A stretch of 64,000 nt of DNA, from positions 62,847,705 through 62,911,704 of the forward strand of contig NC_068990.1 in assembly GCF_001194135.2 (NCBI RefSeq). Reading direction: 5' to 3'. The DNA is from Octopus bimaculoides. Lineage: Eukaryota. Under the pieces are notes generated by a model. It made no database searches. It was not told the DNA's origin and was given only the letters and a program-made list of their open reading frames with translations. How positions within the stretch are numbered: position 1 is the stretch's first letter; every line of letters begins with the position of its first letter. The translations under genes and the position numbers were made by a program. Positions 39,049 to 52,576 of the stretch are shown here, piece by piece.

Positions 39049-39899
39049 TGTATGTGTCTGAACTTCGGTATATGGTGAAGCAAATATTTGCTGATCCCTT
39101 AATTATGTTTATAAATATATATGAGCTTTTAAATAAGTTCTCCACCAATAATGGTGCTTTCATACCGATGGGCTTGGTAAAAATTATTAATTGTTAATTG
39201 ATTTATTAATTAATAAATTGATAATCCTTTACCCTTTTAATTTGTAATAATTATATATATATATATATATATACTTCTGTGTAGTGGGTGTTTGTGTGTG
39301 TGCTTGTGTGTGTGTTTATGTATGTGAGAGAGAGAAAAAAAGAAAGAGAGAGAAAAGGAGAAAGAAAGAGTATGCGTGTGTAAATATATATTCGCTTAAA
39401 ACAACCTTAGTGCTTTTCACATTGTACACGATCTCCACTGCTAAAGAACTTCACATATGAGACTATGCCTATTTCTCCATTCTACGCGTTTTAGGTATTA
39501 TGATTTGAACTGATACATACATATATACATACATGCACATGCACACACATATCTACACACACATATCTACACACACATATCTACACACACATACTGTTTA
39601 ATTTATTGCATAACTGACTAATGTATCACATGCAAATCAAGAAATCTATACTATATCTTGCTATGTATTGCAAAATAATCTACTAGTTCTCTGTGTAACG
39701 AAAGGGTATTCTTTAGTGAGGAGAGAATCAGTTCTGAAACAAATTTGTTACAAAAATTTAGAGGTTTTTTAAATCGTCGAGATTGGCGATGATTTAACCG
39801 TCGACGAGGCCTATGACAAAATGGTGGCCAGTGGGATGCACTATGAGGGAAGTAATTGGCAGTCAACGTCAAATCTCTTTGTGTTTCTATGGAGTCGAC

Positions 39900-41868
39900 T
39901 AAGGTTCAAAGATGAGCTCTATTACGATGCTAACTCTTAAGCTCAGTTTATCACTAGTGATCAAAATAGTTGAAATCACTAGTGATCAAAATAGAGCTTC
40001 CATTACAATTTGTAGATATGCTCTGAGTAGAAAAGGGGTATTTTCTTTTTTGGTGCACCTGATTGAAGAAAAGAAAAATATCTCTGATAAACTTCGTATG
40101 GCGAGGAAAAATTGGAAAATTACAATGACAATTGCATCTTCAATTCTTGCTGCCATTTTAATATCTGAAATCAGAGCAGCGCATTCATTCTGTTATTGAA
40201 CTTGACCATAACACAGTAACCAGTAATATTGGCATAAGGGAGGGCTAAGTCGATTACATCGACTCCGCTGTCCAGCTGGTACTTCTTTTATCGAGCCTGA
40301 AATGATGAAAAGCAAATTCGACCTCGGCGGAATTTGAACACAGAAAGTAAAGACGGACGAAATGCCGCTAAGCATTTTACCCGGCGTGCTAAAGATTCTG
40401 CCAGCTCACCGCCTTAATAGCAATCTGTAATATTGGTAAAGAAACCAAAGTAGTGATAATGCGAACAATGAGGGAAAATTGGGATGTGTGCTCTATATTC
40501 TATAAAGTTGCCTTAAATTCAATTTAAAGGATATCAAATGCTCTTTTCGGTGGAATAACAGCAGTTTGAGATACTTTTATCGTGCAAAGACTTTCTAAAG
40601 GTTACAAAAGTAGATTAAGTCAGAAGCTATTGAAAATCGCCATACGTTTAGAGGCATATTAAAAAAGAAGCATGAAATGTAAACAAACATGAGAACTTGC
40701 CGTACGAAAGATTAACACACTGTTTAGTTTGCCACAAGTTTTTCAAGCTTCAAGAACGAGTTGTGGTTTTTACCTGGTCAAAATGGGAGACGTGTGTATG
40801 GCTGATATTTGCGAATTGACATCATCTATTGATAAACGGAACTATAACACCTGCTGTGCCCTTTCCTGCTGGTGACGGCTTCGCAGTCTCCTTTCTAGTC
40901 GTCCATGTCAGGTCTTACTGCCATTGCAGTGTTCACAGAGTATTGAGCAGCAGTAATAATGTCGGCATTTTGAAACTCAACGTTAAAGATAATTCCTACA
41001 AACTCAAATCGCTCGATGAAAGATCAATACTTGCTCCAATCCATAAGACTTTTGAGATGAGAACTGAACGAATTAGTCAACAAATTGCATCGATATGAAC
41101 TTGTTTACAAGTCCGTGAACATTTTTAGATCACAAAGATATTGTGAACTACCTATCAATTTTCTCAACAACCTCGAGTCATCTCCTGTGCGATATTAGAA
41201 GATTATCTTTGGTAAGTATTTGGCACATAATTGATAGACAAGCTACTAGCGTCACATCTGAAGCAACGATACTAACAGGTTGTGCAGGCTTGATTACAAT
41301 TTATAAACATGTTCAGAACAAACAAAAAAAGGCAAAATTTCTTTCTCGATGAGCAAGAAAAACCTTTCTGATAAATTTAGTGGTTGAACCAAGGAAACAG
41401 GAAAGTGACTGTGGCAATTGTATCTTCAATTCTTACTCGCACATCAATATCTGGAGGCAAAACAATGCATTCAATCTGTTGTTGAACCTGATCATAAATG
41501 GCTCTATGAAAAGTTAATATTTGCTCCAATCCATAGGACTTTTGAGATGATTACTGAACGAATTACTCAACAATCACACTGATATGAATTTGTTTACAAA
41601 TCTGTGAGCATTGTTGTAGATCATGAATCGCTGTGAACTGCCCCATCGATTTTCTTACCAGCCTGGATCTACTTCGTATGCTACATTACAAGGTCTTCAG
41701 TTATCTTTAGTAAGAACTTGACACCTGGTTCATAGACAAACTACTAAGGTCACATTTGACCGAAGCAGCAATACAGACAGGTTGTGCAGCAAGTGAGGAT
41801 ATGTTTATGCCAAGAATTCCAGCTTAAGCCAAATGTGTTGTGGTTTCAAAGGCTGTAGTTTCCAGGAG
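39900..41868 (+). mobile_element. Helitron/PIF1-type helicase relic, two diverged partial copies in tandem
   Basis: GIFFFGAP / FFLDE..KTFLINL (motif I), IASSILAAIL..RAAHS / IVSSI....SGGKTMHS, WDVC..., NALFGGIT, TNMR, ERSILAPIH, YKSV, EATILTGCA / EAAIQTGCAASEDMFMPRIP, FQRL*FP; many stops and frameshifts. Confidence 0.82.
40233..40415 (-). mobile_element. SINE family 1 inserted in the helicase relic
   Basis: Ends gccagctcaccgcctt; gtaatattgg repeated at 40223-40232 and 40427-40436 (possible TSD). Confidence 0.85.
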
Positions 41869-42674
41869 GTATGTTCTTTGTTATTGCATATCTATGTTAG
41901 TATGCATGTTTTCCTGCTTTTATTTTTTTTAATGTGTATGAAAATACGCTAAGGCCAAAAGTGTGACGCAGTCACGTGGTTAGTTGAAGGGAAAGGTGGA
42001 AAGAGAGAGAAGAGTGAGAGAGAGCGAAGAGATTAGTGGTAATATTTGAGAGAAAGGAATTGCTACTACCTGATATAAAGATAAAAATAATAGACAACTC
42101 TCAAAATAGAGGAGATAACAAGTGTTTAAGAATCGATATGGATCTCTCCTACAACTGTACCATCAATTCAATTTATATGAACTTCATAGCATCTCGAGAC
42201 AGAAAAACAACAATTTCAAAATATATTATGTATTTTATGGTCCTCTTAAAACTTCTAACATTCTTGTAGTTTATTTATTTATTTACTTATTTATTTCAAA
42301 TAATCATATTTAGATTTATTAAAAACTTAAATAATGTGTTCTATTTTATTCCATAGTTAAGATTGTTTACTTCTTCACGTAAAATGAAAAGTAATAGAAA
42401 ACAACTCACAAAGTACAAGATGTAAGAATATAGCTTTCAAAGACGTTTCTTCAGATTGCACCTTTAATGCTACCTATGTGAACTTTTACACCATCTCAAT
42501 AATCAAATGCTTTAGAAAATAGAGAATTCCGCTAGATAATTTTCAAAATAACTGTGGTATTTTCACGGACATGTACATAAATATATGTATGAATCCATCC
42601 ATCCATCCATCCATCCATTCATCCATCCATCCATACATACATACATACATACATACATACATACATACATACAT

Positions 42675-42717
<43 letters not shown>

Positions 42718-43260
42718 TTAAGATCAGGATTCAAATGAATCAGGCATTTAAATGATAAGGCACCGAGCCGAGTCGAAAAGTAAAATGTATACACAACAAA
42801 AATAGAGGAATACATATCCAGGTACTGAAGTAGAGGAAGAAAGATATTCAGATTATGCATACGATTAACTGTAACTGACTAAGTATATCAATAGCCCTCA
42901 GGCTAATCAGGAGACGCACATTGCACTAAATGTACAGTCCGTAATATATTTCGGATCTACGCCAGGGGTAGGACCAGCAAGGGTCATAGAATCATGAAGA
43001 TGCCCATCCCGTTGGCTTTTAAATGTTTTTGAATGTTGTGGTACATGTAGTCACCTCACGAAAATGACTTTTTCTACTCATGTAATGTTTCCATTATCAA
43101 TTAAAAATTCGTTGGAAACAGCTGCAGTGAAATGACATATTATCCATCTATTATTTTTTATTTACACACACACACTCACATCTATATACACACATATTTA
43201 CATACATATCTATGCACACACTCACACACGCACATATATTTTATATAAATATATATATAT

Positions 43261-43697
43261 AGGCGCAGGAGTGGCTGTGTGGAAAGTAGCTTGCTTACCA
43301 ACCACATGGTTCCGGTTTCAGTCCCACTGCGTGGCATCTTGGGCAAGTGTCTTCTACTATAGCCTCGGGCCGACCAAAGCCTTGTGAGTGGATTTGGTAG
43401 ACGGAAACTGAAGGAAGCCCGTCGTATATATGTATATATATATATATATATGTGTGTGTGTATATGTGCGTGTTTGTGTGTCTGTGTTTGTCCCCCCCCC
43501 ACAACATCGCTTGACAACCGATGCTGGTGTGTTTACGTCCCCGTAACTTAGCGGTTCGGCAAAAGAGACCGATAGAATAAGTACTAGGCTTCCAAAGAAT
43601 AAGTNNNNNNNNNNCTGGGGTCGATTTGCTCGACTAAAGGCAGTGCTCCAGCATGGCCGCAGTCAAATGACTGAAATAAGTAAAAGATTAAAAGAGT
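43261..43697 (+). mobile_element. SINE family 2 copy (full length)
   Basis: tRNA-like head ggcgcaggagtggctgtgtgg...ggtttcagtcccactgc, CORE-like cttgggcaagtgtctt, internal (TA)/(TG) microsatellite, tail aaatgactgaaataagtaaaaga. Confidence 0.88.
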
Positions 43698-44185
43698 ATA
43701 TGCATATATATGTATATATATATATGTATATGTGTATATATACACACACATACTTACGTACATATTTATATATGTTCATACATACATAAATACATATATA
43801 CATTATGATCATTTTCATATATGTCCGTTTTCCATATTGGCATGAGATAGATGATTCGCAGAGGCCAAACTTTTAGTCCAATTTATTGTGTTTATTGGTG
43901 CTTTTTTATAGCACCGGCAATACGGTACACCTCGTAGTTCGCACATCGAAAGAAACCCACCACAATAAATGGAATAGATTCAATGTTGTGAGAGGTTCAC
44001 AGTGAGGAGAATAAAAGAAAAAAGAGGCGAGGGGACAGAAAGGAGGAGAGGGGAGAGAGGGATGGAGGAAGTGAGAGAGGCAGACAAAAAGACAAAGGGC
44101 TGTTGAAGGAGGAGTAGTGGAAGGTATTGGAGTGAAGGGAAGGGGAAGAATAATTTCAGGGATCAGTACGAACTAGTGTGTATGT

Positions 44186-44186
<1 letters not shown>

Positions 44187-44272
<86 letters not shown>
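44187..44272. repeat. (GT)n microsatellite
   Basis: Uninterrupted GT run. Confidence 0.95.
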
Positions 44273-44273
<1 letters not shown>

Positions 44274-45359
44274 TGAACGAGTGTGCATGATTGAAGTCTA
44301 CTAAACGTGACCAGGACTATTGTCATAGCATCAGGTGCTGCCCTCTTTTTAGGAACCGTATCGGTAAGTGTTTAATAAGGACGAGAATTGAGACAATAAT
44401 CATGATTTTGATGATGGATTCATTCCGAAAACACCTTAAACAACAGTTCATATTTGATCATTCTGGTGCACTGTATATCATCAATCATGGCATTTCTTTC
44501 CTAGATAAAATAGTCAATCTCTTAACAAGAAAACAAATATATCTCTATTTCAATCTCACATTCAGAAAAATGACATGAAGTTTACAAAATCCTATTTCTT
44601 CTTCTTTAAATACCTAAGGATTAATATCAGTATAAGAAAACATTATTATATTATTGTTGCCGTTTTTCCTACTATTTTCATTATTTTCCAATGATTATTA
44701 TATACACATTTATTTGTCAGTCATATTCTAAACAAGCTGTTCTATATATTCTCTATGTTATTACATCAATTCAGCTATCAACATCGCCATTTTCTTTTGT
44801 ATTTCTCCTGACGACTATTAACTAATTCTGCCGCGTTCTCCATACACTGCTTTCTATTTTCTCAGCATAACCATATTCCACATCAGTTCTGATGCACTCA
44901 GACAGTTTTCACTGACCTTCCTTTTTAATAAGCTCCAACCCTTTCGATTCCCTACACCGCACCGCTTCCATCAATTCGTCTGCCACAATTTCTCCCTTAC
45001 TCGCTCTATCTCCTGCTCTCTCTTCCTCGCTTCCATATACATCAAAGCTCTTTACCTGCCGCACTAGTTTCCATTGTTGCTCATCTTGCCATGTCTGTTA
45101 GCTATTCCTTGCACAGACGGCTTTTATTACAACAGTCTGCTGGTTTTTGTCGCCATCCCTTCTTTCCTCAGTCTTCCTACAACATCTTTATCCTCCTCCT
45201 CCTCCTCCTCCTCCTCCTCTCTCTCCAGTCTCTCCTCTGTACAACACTCTGCAATCCTTCAATCTATTTCAATGTCTAATTTTTATACTTTTCTTTTATC
45301 CAATTCTCTTCTCTTTTCATTATATCTCCTGCAACATTTCTTTTTCTTTCCCCACCTCT

Positions 45360-45454
45360 GCCTGTCTGTCTGTCTCTCTGCCTGTCTGTCCGTCTCTCTG
45401 CCTGTCTGTTTGTCTCTCTGCCTGTATGTCTGTCTCTCTGTCTCTGTCTGTCTC

Positions 45455-45493
<39 letters not shown>

Positions 45494-45544
45494 GNNNNNN
45501 NNNNNNNNNNNNNNNNNNNNNNNNNNNNNNNNNNNNNNNNNNNN

Positions 45545-45580
<36 letters not shown>

Positions 45581-45630
45581 GTCTCTCTCTGTCTCTCTCT
45601 GTCTGCCTGTCTCTCTCTCTCTCTCTCTCT
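45360..45630. repeat. Compound (CTGT)n/(CT)n microsatellite spanning a gap
   Basis: Direct reading of the sequence. Confidence 0.9.
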
Positions 45631-46287
45631 CTTCTCGCTTGCATCCTCTCACAACATCTCTCTCTATTCCTTCTCTCCCTTTCTCCTATTTTCCCTCTCA
45701 CCCCACACCCTACTTCACTCACTGCTATTTCTCGCCACAGCCTCCATTAATGGCACAATTTCTCATTCTATCCTTCATTCTCTTTCTTTCATTCCTCTTG
45801 TCTGTCTTTCTTCATCATCCCTCTCTCTCCTCTTTCTCTCTCTTTATTTATTAACTCTTTTGTTCAATATTTATCCTCTCTCTTATTCCTTTCTGCAGTT
45901 CCTGGAATTCTTCTTCGCTTCCCTCAGCTAACCACTTTCTTTTGAATATGTGTGTATCCCAGCCTTCCTTTCCTTCACAAACCTATATCACTCTCATATT
46001 CTATCTGCTTACGTGGATACATACATACATACATACATACATACATACATGCATAGCAATCTATCTATCTATCAATCTATCCATCTATCTACTTCTACCT
46101 GTTTCTCTCTCTCTTTCTCTATCTCTCTCTCTCTCTCTCTCTGTGAGTGTATGTGAGTAAATATGTATATGTTTATCATATACGCGCTCACACAGATATA
46201 TGCATATATAAATACATATAAAGACATATACATTTATGTTTACACATGCATGTGTATGTGTGTGCATGTGTATATATATATATATAT

Positions 46288-46354
<67 letters not shown>

Positions 46355-46483
46355 CATTTCTGTAGGTAGATGGATGTGTATATTTTATAAATATATATAT
46401 ATATATATAGATATAATATACACACAAACATTCACACATACACAGATATATATATACAGGCATGCACACACACACACATTCAG

Positions 46484-46514
<31 letters not shown>

Positions 46515-46689
46515 ACACACACACACATTCAGCACACACACATAGCATAAAGGATGCTTTTTTTACAAGAGAAATGTGATTATTGACTGGAGAAAGGATT
46601 CATTAGAGGTATACAATTAGATCGTTTAAATAAATCAATTGGAAGTGACTGTCAATAGAATTATTCTCATTATTATTATTATTATTATT

Positions 46690-46875
46690 AGCATGTCGGG
46701 CAAAGCGCTTAGCGGCATAACGTCTGTCTTCGTGTTCTGAGTTCAGATTCCGCCGAGGCCGACTTTGCCTTTCATTCTGACGGTTTCGATAAAATAAGTA
46801 CCAGTTGAGCACTGGGGTCGCTGTAATAGACTTACACCCTCCCCTGATATTGCTGGCCTTGTGCCAAAATTTTTA
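46690..46875 (+). mobile_element. SINE family 1 copy between (ATT)n tracts
   Basis: gcttagcggcataacgtctgtc...gagttcagattccgccgagg...ttgtgccaaaatttt. Confidence 0.8.
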
Positions 46876-46896
46876 TTGTAATTATTATTGTTGTTG

Positions 46897-46987
<91 letters not shown>

Positions 46988-47016
46988 CATTATCATCATC
47001 ATCATCATCATCATTA

Positions 47017-47277
47017 TATACACACAACAGAATAGACTGTTGGAAAATAAAAAAATCCTAACACCGAGCTTAGATGTCAAGAACCTTCCCAAGCTTCCTA
47101 GGTGTCCCTAATAACACTGGAGCTGTATTAAACTGGGTTTTCTGGAGCTGTACTAAACTTGGTTTATGCCTATTTCCTTTATCTATCTGTTCAGCTCTTT
47201 AGGGATTGTTTGCAATGCACCTATAACTACTGAGATATATTTTACCCACACTTTCCATAGACTCTGTAATTCGATGG
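47017..47277 (-). mobile_element. R4/Dong-type (RLE) retroelement 3' fragment 1
   Basis: IELQSLWKVWVKYISVVIGALQTIPKELNR is the C-terminal RLE block; both ends abut (AAT/GAT)n. Confidence 0.7.
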
Positions 47278-47301
47278 TTATTATTATTATTATTATTATT
47301 A

Positions 47302-47402
<101 letters not shown>

Positions 47403-47407
47403 ATTGT

Positions 47408-47600
47408 TAAGGTGGTGAGCTGGCAGAATCGTTAGTACGCAAGGCAAAATGCTTAGCGACATTTCGTCCGTCTTTATGTTCTGAGTTCAAATTCCGCCGA
47501 TATCGGCTTTGTCTTTCATCTTTTCGGGATCGATAAATCAAGTACCAGTGAAACACTAGGGTCCATGTAATCGACAATTCCCCTCCCTACAAATGTCAAA
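47408..47600 (+). mobile_element. SINE family 1 copy
   Basis: Head aaggtggtgagctggcagaatcgttag directly after (ATT)n(GTT)n. Confidence 0.85.
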
Positions 47601-47956
47601 GGTTCCTGAATAAGGCTTGTTTAAAGATGTTGAATGAAACACCCATCCTTTCAAAATGAATTATCCAAACCCCAAAGAATTTCTCTCAACACATGGCTAT
47701 GATGCTCCCCCACTACTTCTGCTCGTGATCAGAGATGCACATATCATCAGCCACCAAGGGACATGCTCAACTGGTTAAGGTCAAACAACTGACAAGCAAA
47801 TCTGTGGTATTGAGCAGAATATTTGCTGTAGCCCATCTTTTATACCAAGACAAAACAATGTACATGATGACACTTCCAGTCAGAATCCATAAGAGCCACT
47901 GTCTGGTACTGCATGATTATTGTTATTATCATTATAATAACAATTATTATTATTAT

Positions 47957-48529
47957 ATGTTTGACTTTTGCTTTGTATTTGTACGAGTTGACGCTAAGCC
48001 TCATCCAGAGACCTCAAGAGACAAGTTAGAAGTTCAAGTTGGTGTTATGCCAGGGGTGTATTATATTTGGGTTTGCACAAAGTATTGTTCAAGAGAAGTT
48101 TATTTTAAAATTTGAGATTACATAGACAGTATTCTACGTAGGATATGGGCAGTTCCAATGAACACTATCCTTTGAATTTCTGCCATTTTGGGGTTTCCTA
48201 GTATCTGAGCAAGATAGGAATCAGCCCCTTTTGCTATCATTCCTATCAATACCTGTGACGACAGGTATTGTTTTAGTCTTGCGGTTCCACATTTTGCCAA
48301 TTCCTATTTCAGGATCTTTATACTTGCTCAGTTTTTGGTAGATCCTGACAAATACCTTTATGTCGATTGGGACACTCATATCAATGAGGAGGTATGATTT
48401 TTGTCTGAAGTCTTTCAATATAATGTCTGGCCTATTCGCATCTGTCTTTCTGTCAATTCAAAGGGTGAAGTTCCAGAGGAGTGAGATGTGATCATTTTCA
48501 AGCACTGGATGTAGTTTGTGTTCCCACCA

Positions 48530-48530
<1 letters not shown>
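47957..48530 (-). mobile_element. R4/Dong-type (RLE) retroelement 3' fragment 2
   Basis: WWEHKLHPVLENDHISLLWNF...NRPDIILKDFRQKSYLLIDMSVP...LSKYKDPEI...IGTAHILRRILSM*; 3'UTR runs into (TAA)n; 5' end abuts (AAT)n. Confidence 0.85.
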
Positions 48531-48590
<60 letters not shown>

Positions 48591-48628
48591 TTATTATTGT
48601 TGTTGTTGTTATTATTATTATTATTATT

Positions 48629-49838
48629 TGGTTGATTGAGGCAAATTTCTTCTGCATCACCTGCTACACCACCGTGTTGCTGGTGTGTGTGCGGCATTGT
48701 GTGTTCTTTTCTGCTATTGAGAGTGTGTGAAGTCTTTCTGGTACTGTATTGTGTTGGCTTTTTTCCTTGAGGTGCGGTGCTGTCTTTCGTTGTGTTTTTG
48801 TTTGTATTTGTGTGTTGATTGTGTAATGCTTTTGTTTTCTGGATTGCTGGTGGGAGTTTGTTTCACTGAGTAAATGCTGTATAGAGTGTGCTTTGTATTT
48901 GTGGGTTGCTTTGTTTAGGCTATATTATTGAATTGGTAGTGTCTTGCGCAAAATGTGGGTTGTTCCTAGTAGGGCTATTTTTTGCACAGTGTATAGTGTT
49001 GAGGATCCAGGTATAGCTTCCACATTTTTGTTCATATGATTTTTTTTTATCATGCCCAATGCTCCAATCATTATTGGTATTGTTTTTACTTTCATGCCCC
49101 ACATTTTGAATATTTCAATTTCGAGGTCTTTGTACTTCGACAACTTCGCCACTTCTTTTTTGACAATATTTTGATCCGAAGAGATTGCAATGTCTATCAG
49201 TAAGCAGATATTTTTTTACCCAATCCTTGACTATTATGTCTGGGTGACATTTTGTTTCTTTGTCGGTTTGAACCGGCATATCCCAGATGATAGTAGCCTG
49301 ATCGTTGTCTTGTACATTGCTTGGCTCATGCTTATATCACCTGCTGTCAGTTTTGATGTTGAAATCTTGGCATGTTGTCCAGTCGATATAACTGCTTACT
49401 TTGTTGTGTCTCTAAACATATTCAAACTTGGCAAAGAGCGGGCAGCCCAAGTTGATGTGGTCAACTGTGTCACTGTGCTGGCTGCACATTCTGCATTTGG
49501 TGTTGGGACCTGTTTTCATTACTTTGGTTTTATAATTATTTGTAGTCAGGCATTAGTCTTGTGAAGCGAGAATCAGTCCTTCCGTTTCGGCTTTTAGTCA
49601 AGAGCTTTTGAGACATTGTTGGCTTTTACTTAGGCTCATTTCCTCTCTGTCAAGCCTTGCAGTGTACTGGCCATGAAGTGATTTTTCACTCCATTTCTTC
49701 TTCTGCTATGTTGTCATCTTAGGTTAGTGTGTCAGTGTAGTTTGCTTCTGTTTTGTATTTTGTCGCCTCGTTGTGTATAGAGAAAAACGCTTTCCCATAT
49801 CGCTTTACTACATGCAGCAGTCTTCCCCTCTTTGTTTC

Positions 49839-49839
<1 letters not shown>
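48629..49839 (-). mobile_element. R4/Dong-type (RLE) retroelement 3' fragment 3
   Basis: LHGQY, KCRMCSQHSDTVDHINLGCP (CCHC), RHNKV, LLIDIAIS, KLSKYKDLEIEI..MWGMKVKTIPIMIGALG, LLGTTHILRKTL; both ends abut (AAT)n. Confidence 0.88.
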
Positions 49840-49908
<69 letters not shown>

Positions 49909-49919
49909 TATTATTATTA

Positions 49920-51213
49920 CGCTAGTGTATGATAATTTAGTTAGCAGGTATTTTAACTCGAGGTTTTGTGACAATAAGTTTCCTCAAATCTTAAGAATTT
50001 TCTTTCGGATTCTCGCAAAATGTAGGATGGTACTTTTCTGCAAATCGACAATGCGAGTTTCATTTCCAATTTCTTTCAGTCTTTTACGTAGCATTTTGGG
50101 TGTTGTGCAAGTGCACCTATTACTGCATGAATAATCGTTATCTTGGTCTTCTCCAGTCTCTTCAGCTCTCTGGTTATATCCTGGTATTTCTCAATATTTT
50201 CCATTTCTTTGGTGTCGACACTGCTGTCATAGGAAATTGCAAACTCTATGATCTTGCACTGTTAGCTTATTTTACATTTTATAATCACGTCTACTTTGCT
50301 TGCCTCAACAGTATGGTCGGTCATTATGGCGAAGTCTCACAAGATCTTGTAACTTTCATTTTCTATCACAGCTTCCTTTTTATTCGTGTTCATACTCGAC
50401 TAACATCCCAATGCATTATTTTGCCTACACAGTCATGCCTGCGCTTGTACTCCTTTTGTACTAGTATACTACACTCATTGAAAATGTGATTGATACACTC
50501 GTTTCCTTTTCTGCAAATTCTATATTTGCTGTCTGATTGTGTTTTGAGGATCTTTGCCTTGATTAGATTTGTTCTAACGTCTAGCTCATGAGCAACTATA
50601 ACTAATGTTTCAAGTTCCCGTCCGTCAACCATAGCCGGTAGGCCTCACTTCCGACATTTTCGTTACATGAATTGGCATTGCAGTTTTTTCTCTTTCCATT
50701 TGTTCATTCTGTTCTTCTATTTCTCTTTGTATTCTTCTACTGTTTCAGTCACTTTTTTGCGTATCTCTGGCTGTCGAAAGTTTTTCTTTTCTTTTTTACT
50801 ATGTACAACATAGTTCATCAGCCCCAGTATCTCGGTACCAACGCTGTCTTCCATGTTTAGTAATTCTTTCCCCCTTCTCCTCTTGGCATTTAGAGTCGGT
50901 CGGTATTGCCTTTAGGATGGAATGCGCTGTGCATTGTTGGCAGTTTTCTGGTTTTTCTATCCAAGTGCTGCAGCTTGAGCTTTGTCCATTTCATATAGGG
51001 AGCAAAATATCTCAATACAGGAATTGGTCATGTATTTATGGCTTTAATATGTTCCCTCCATTTTATTTCGTTTCAAGCACCTTCCTAATTCTTTTTTTTT
51101 TGTACACTTTTGTAACTTTCTCATTTCTCTTTTTATTATCTTATTGTTTTACAGCACTACTAGATATTTATATCCCTCTTATGTTCTTCCAGCTCTCATG
51201 TATTTGTATCCCT
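49920..51213 (-). mobile_element. R4/Dong-type (RLE) retroelement 3' fragment 4 (RT thumb to 3' end)
   Basis: KRIRKVLETK*NGGN..KAINT, LQHLDRKTRKL.TMHSAFHPK..TDRL, YRICRKGNECINHIFNECSIL.QKEYKRRHDCVGKIMHW; ends in (TAA)n; 5' end abuts (AAT)n. Confidence 0.85.
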
Positions 51214-51266
<53 letters not shown>

Positions 51267-51801
51267 CATCATCATCATCATCATTGTTACAGTTATTAAG
51301 GCAGCAAGCTGGCAGATTCTTTAGTACGCTGCACAAAATGCAGGTGCCGAAAAATTAGAAGTCTATTCCTGAGTATGTGTATGTGGTGTGTCTGTCTAAC
51401 CGTTGATACGTGTTTGTGTATGTACATATATAAACACACAGACGCACGCACACACGCCGTCACACATGCGAACATAAACACATACACATATATATTATAT
51501 TATNNNNNNNNNNNNNNNNNNNNNNNNNNNNNNNNNNNNNNNNNNNNNNNNNNNNNNNNNNNNNNNNNNNNNNNNNNNNNNNNNNNNNNNNNNNNNNNNN
51601 NNNNNNNNNNNNNNNNNNNNNNNNNNNNNNNNNNNNNNNNNNNNNNNNNNNNNNNNNNNNNNNNNNNNNNNNNNNNNNNNNNNNNNNNNNNNNNNNNNNN
51701 NNNNNNNNNNNNNNNNNNNNNNNNNNNNNNNNNNNNNNNNNNNNNNNNNNNNNNNNNNNNNNNNNNNNNNNNNNNNNNNNNNNNNNNNNNNNNNNNNNNN
51801 N

Positions 51802-51840
<39 letters not shown>

Positions 51841-52101
51841 GCTGTGTGTGTGTGTGTGTGTGTGCGTGGCTGTGTGTGTGTGTGTATGCACATATACACA
51901 TCCTCTCACACACACGCAAGCATAGATGTGTGTGAATATATGGATGTGTGTACAAGGTGATACTGATGTTCCAATAGCATTCACATGACATACAAAAATT
52001 ATTTTTAATTTTGTTAGTTTTTTTAATAAAATTTAAAGATTAATTCCTGTCTTTTGTGAATAGCATTTCATGTACATACATACATGTATGTGAGTGTGTG
52101 T

Positions 52102-52140
<39 letters not shown>

Positions 52141-52202
52141 AAAATACATGTAAATATGCCCCAGCATGACCGCTGTCTGATGACTGACAGAAGTATAAGA
52201 TA

Positions 52203-52572
52203 TAGGAGTGGTTATGTGGTAAGTAGTTTGCTCACCAACCACATGATTCCAGGTTCAGTCCCACTGCATGGCACCTTGGGCAAGTGTCTTCTGCTATAGC
52301 CTCAGCACGTCATATATATGTGTATGTGTGTGTGTTTGTGTGTGTGTGTGAGTGTGTGTATGTGTCTGTGTCTGTTGACCCCCACCAACATAGCTTGACA
52401 GCCGATGTTGGTGTGCTTACGTCCCCGTAACCTATCGGTTCGGCATAAGACACCGATAGAATATGTACTAGGCTTATGTAGAATAAGTCCTGGGGTCGAA
52501 TTGTTCGACTAAATGTGGTGCACCAGCATGGCCACTGTCAAATGACTGATATAAATAAGAGAATAAAAGAAT
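52203..52572 (+). mobile_element. SINE family 2 copy
   Basis: aggagtggttatgtggtaagtagtttgctcaccaaccacatg...gaataagtcctggggtcgaattgttcgact...aaatgactga. Confidence 0.85.
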
Positions 52573-52576
52573 AATA

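Noticed and set aside
39780-39870. Minus-strand reading LPITSLIVHPTGHHFVIGLVDG resembling a WD40 repeat
   Set aside because: Bounded by stops, no splice signals, and adjacent to or within the plus-strand Helitron relic that better explains the region.
47600-47932. Segment that looks like a dispersed repeat of unknown class
   Set aside because: Single copy in this window and no diagnostic termini, so it cannot be supported from the sequence alone.
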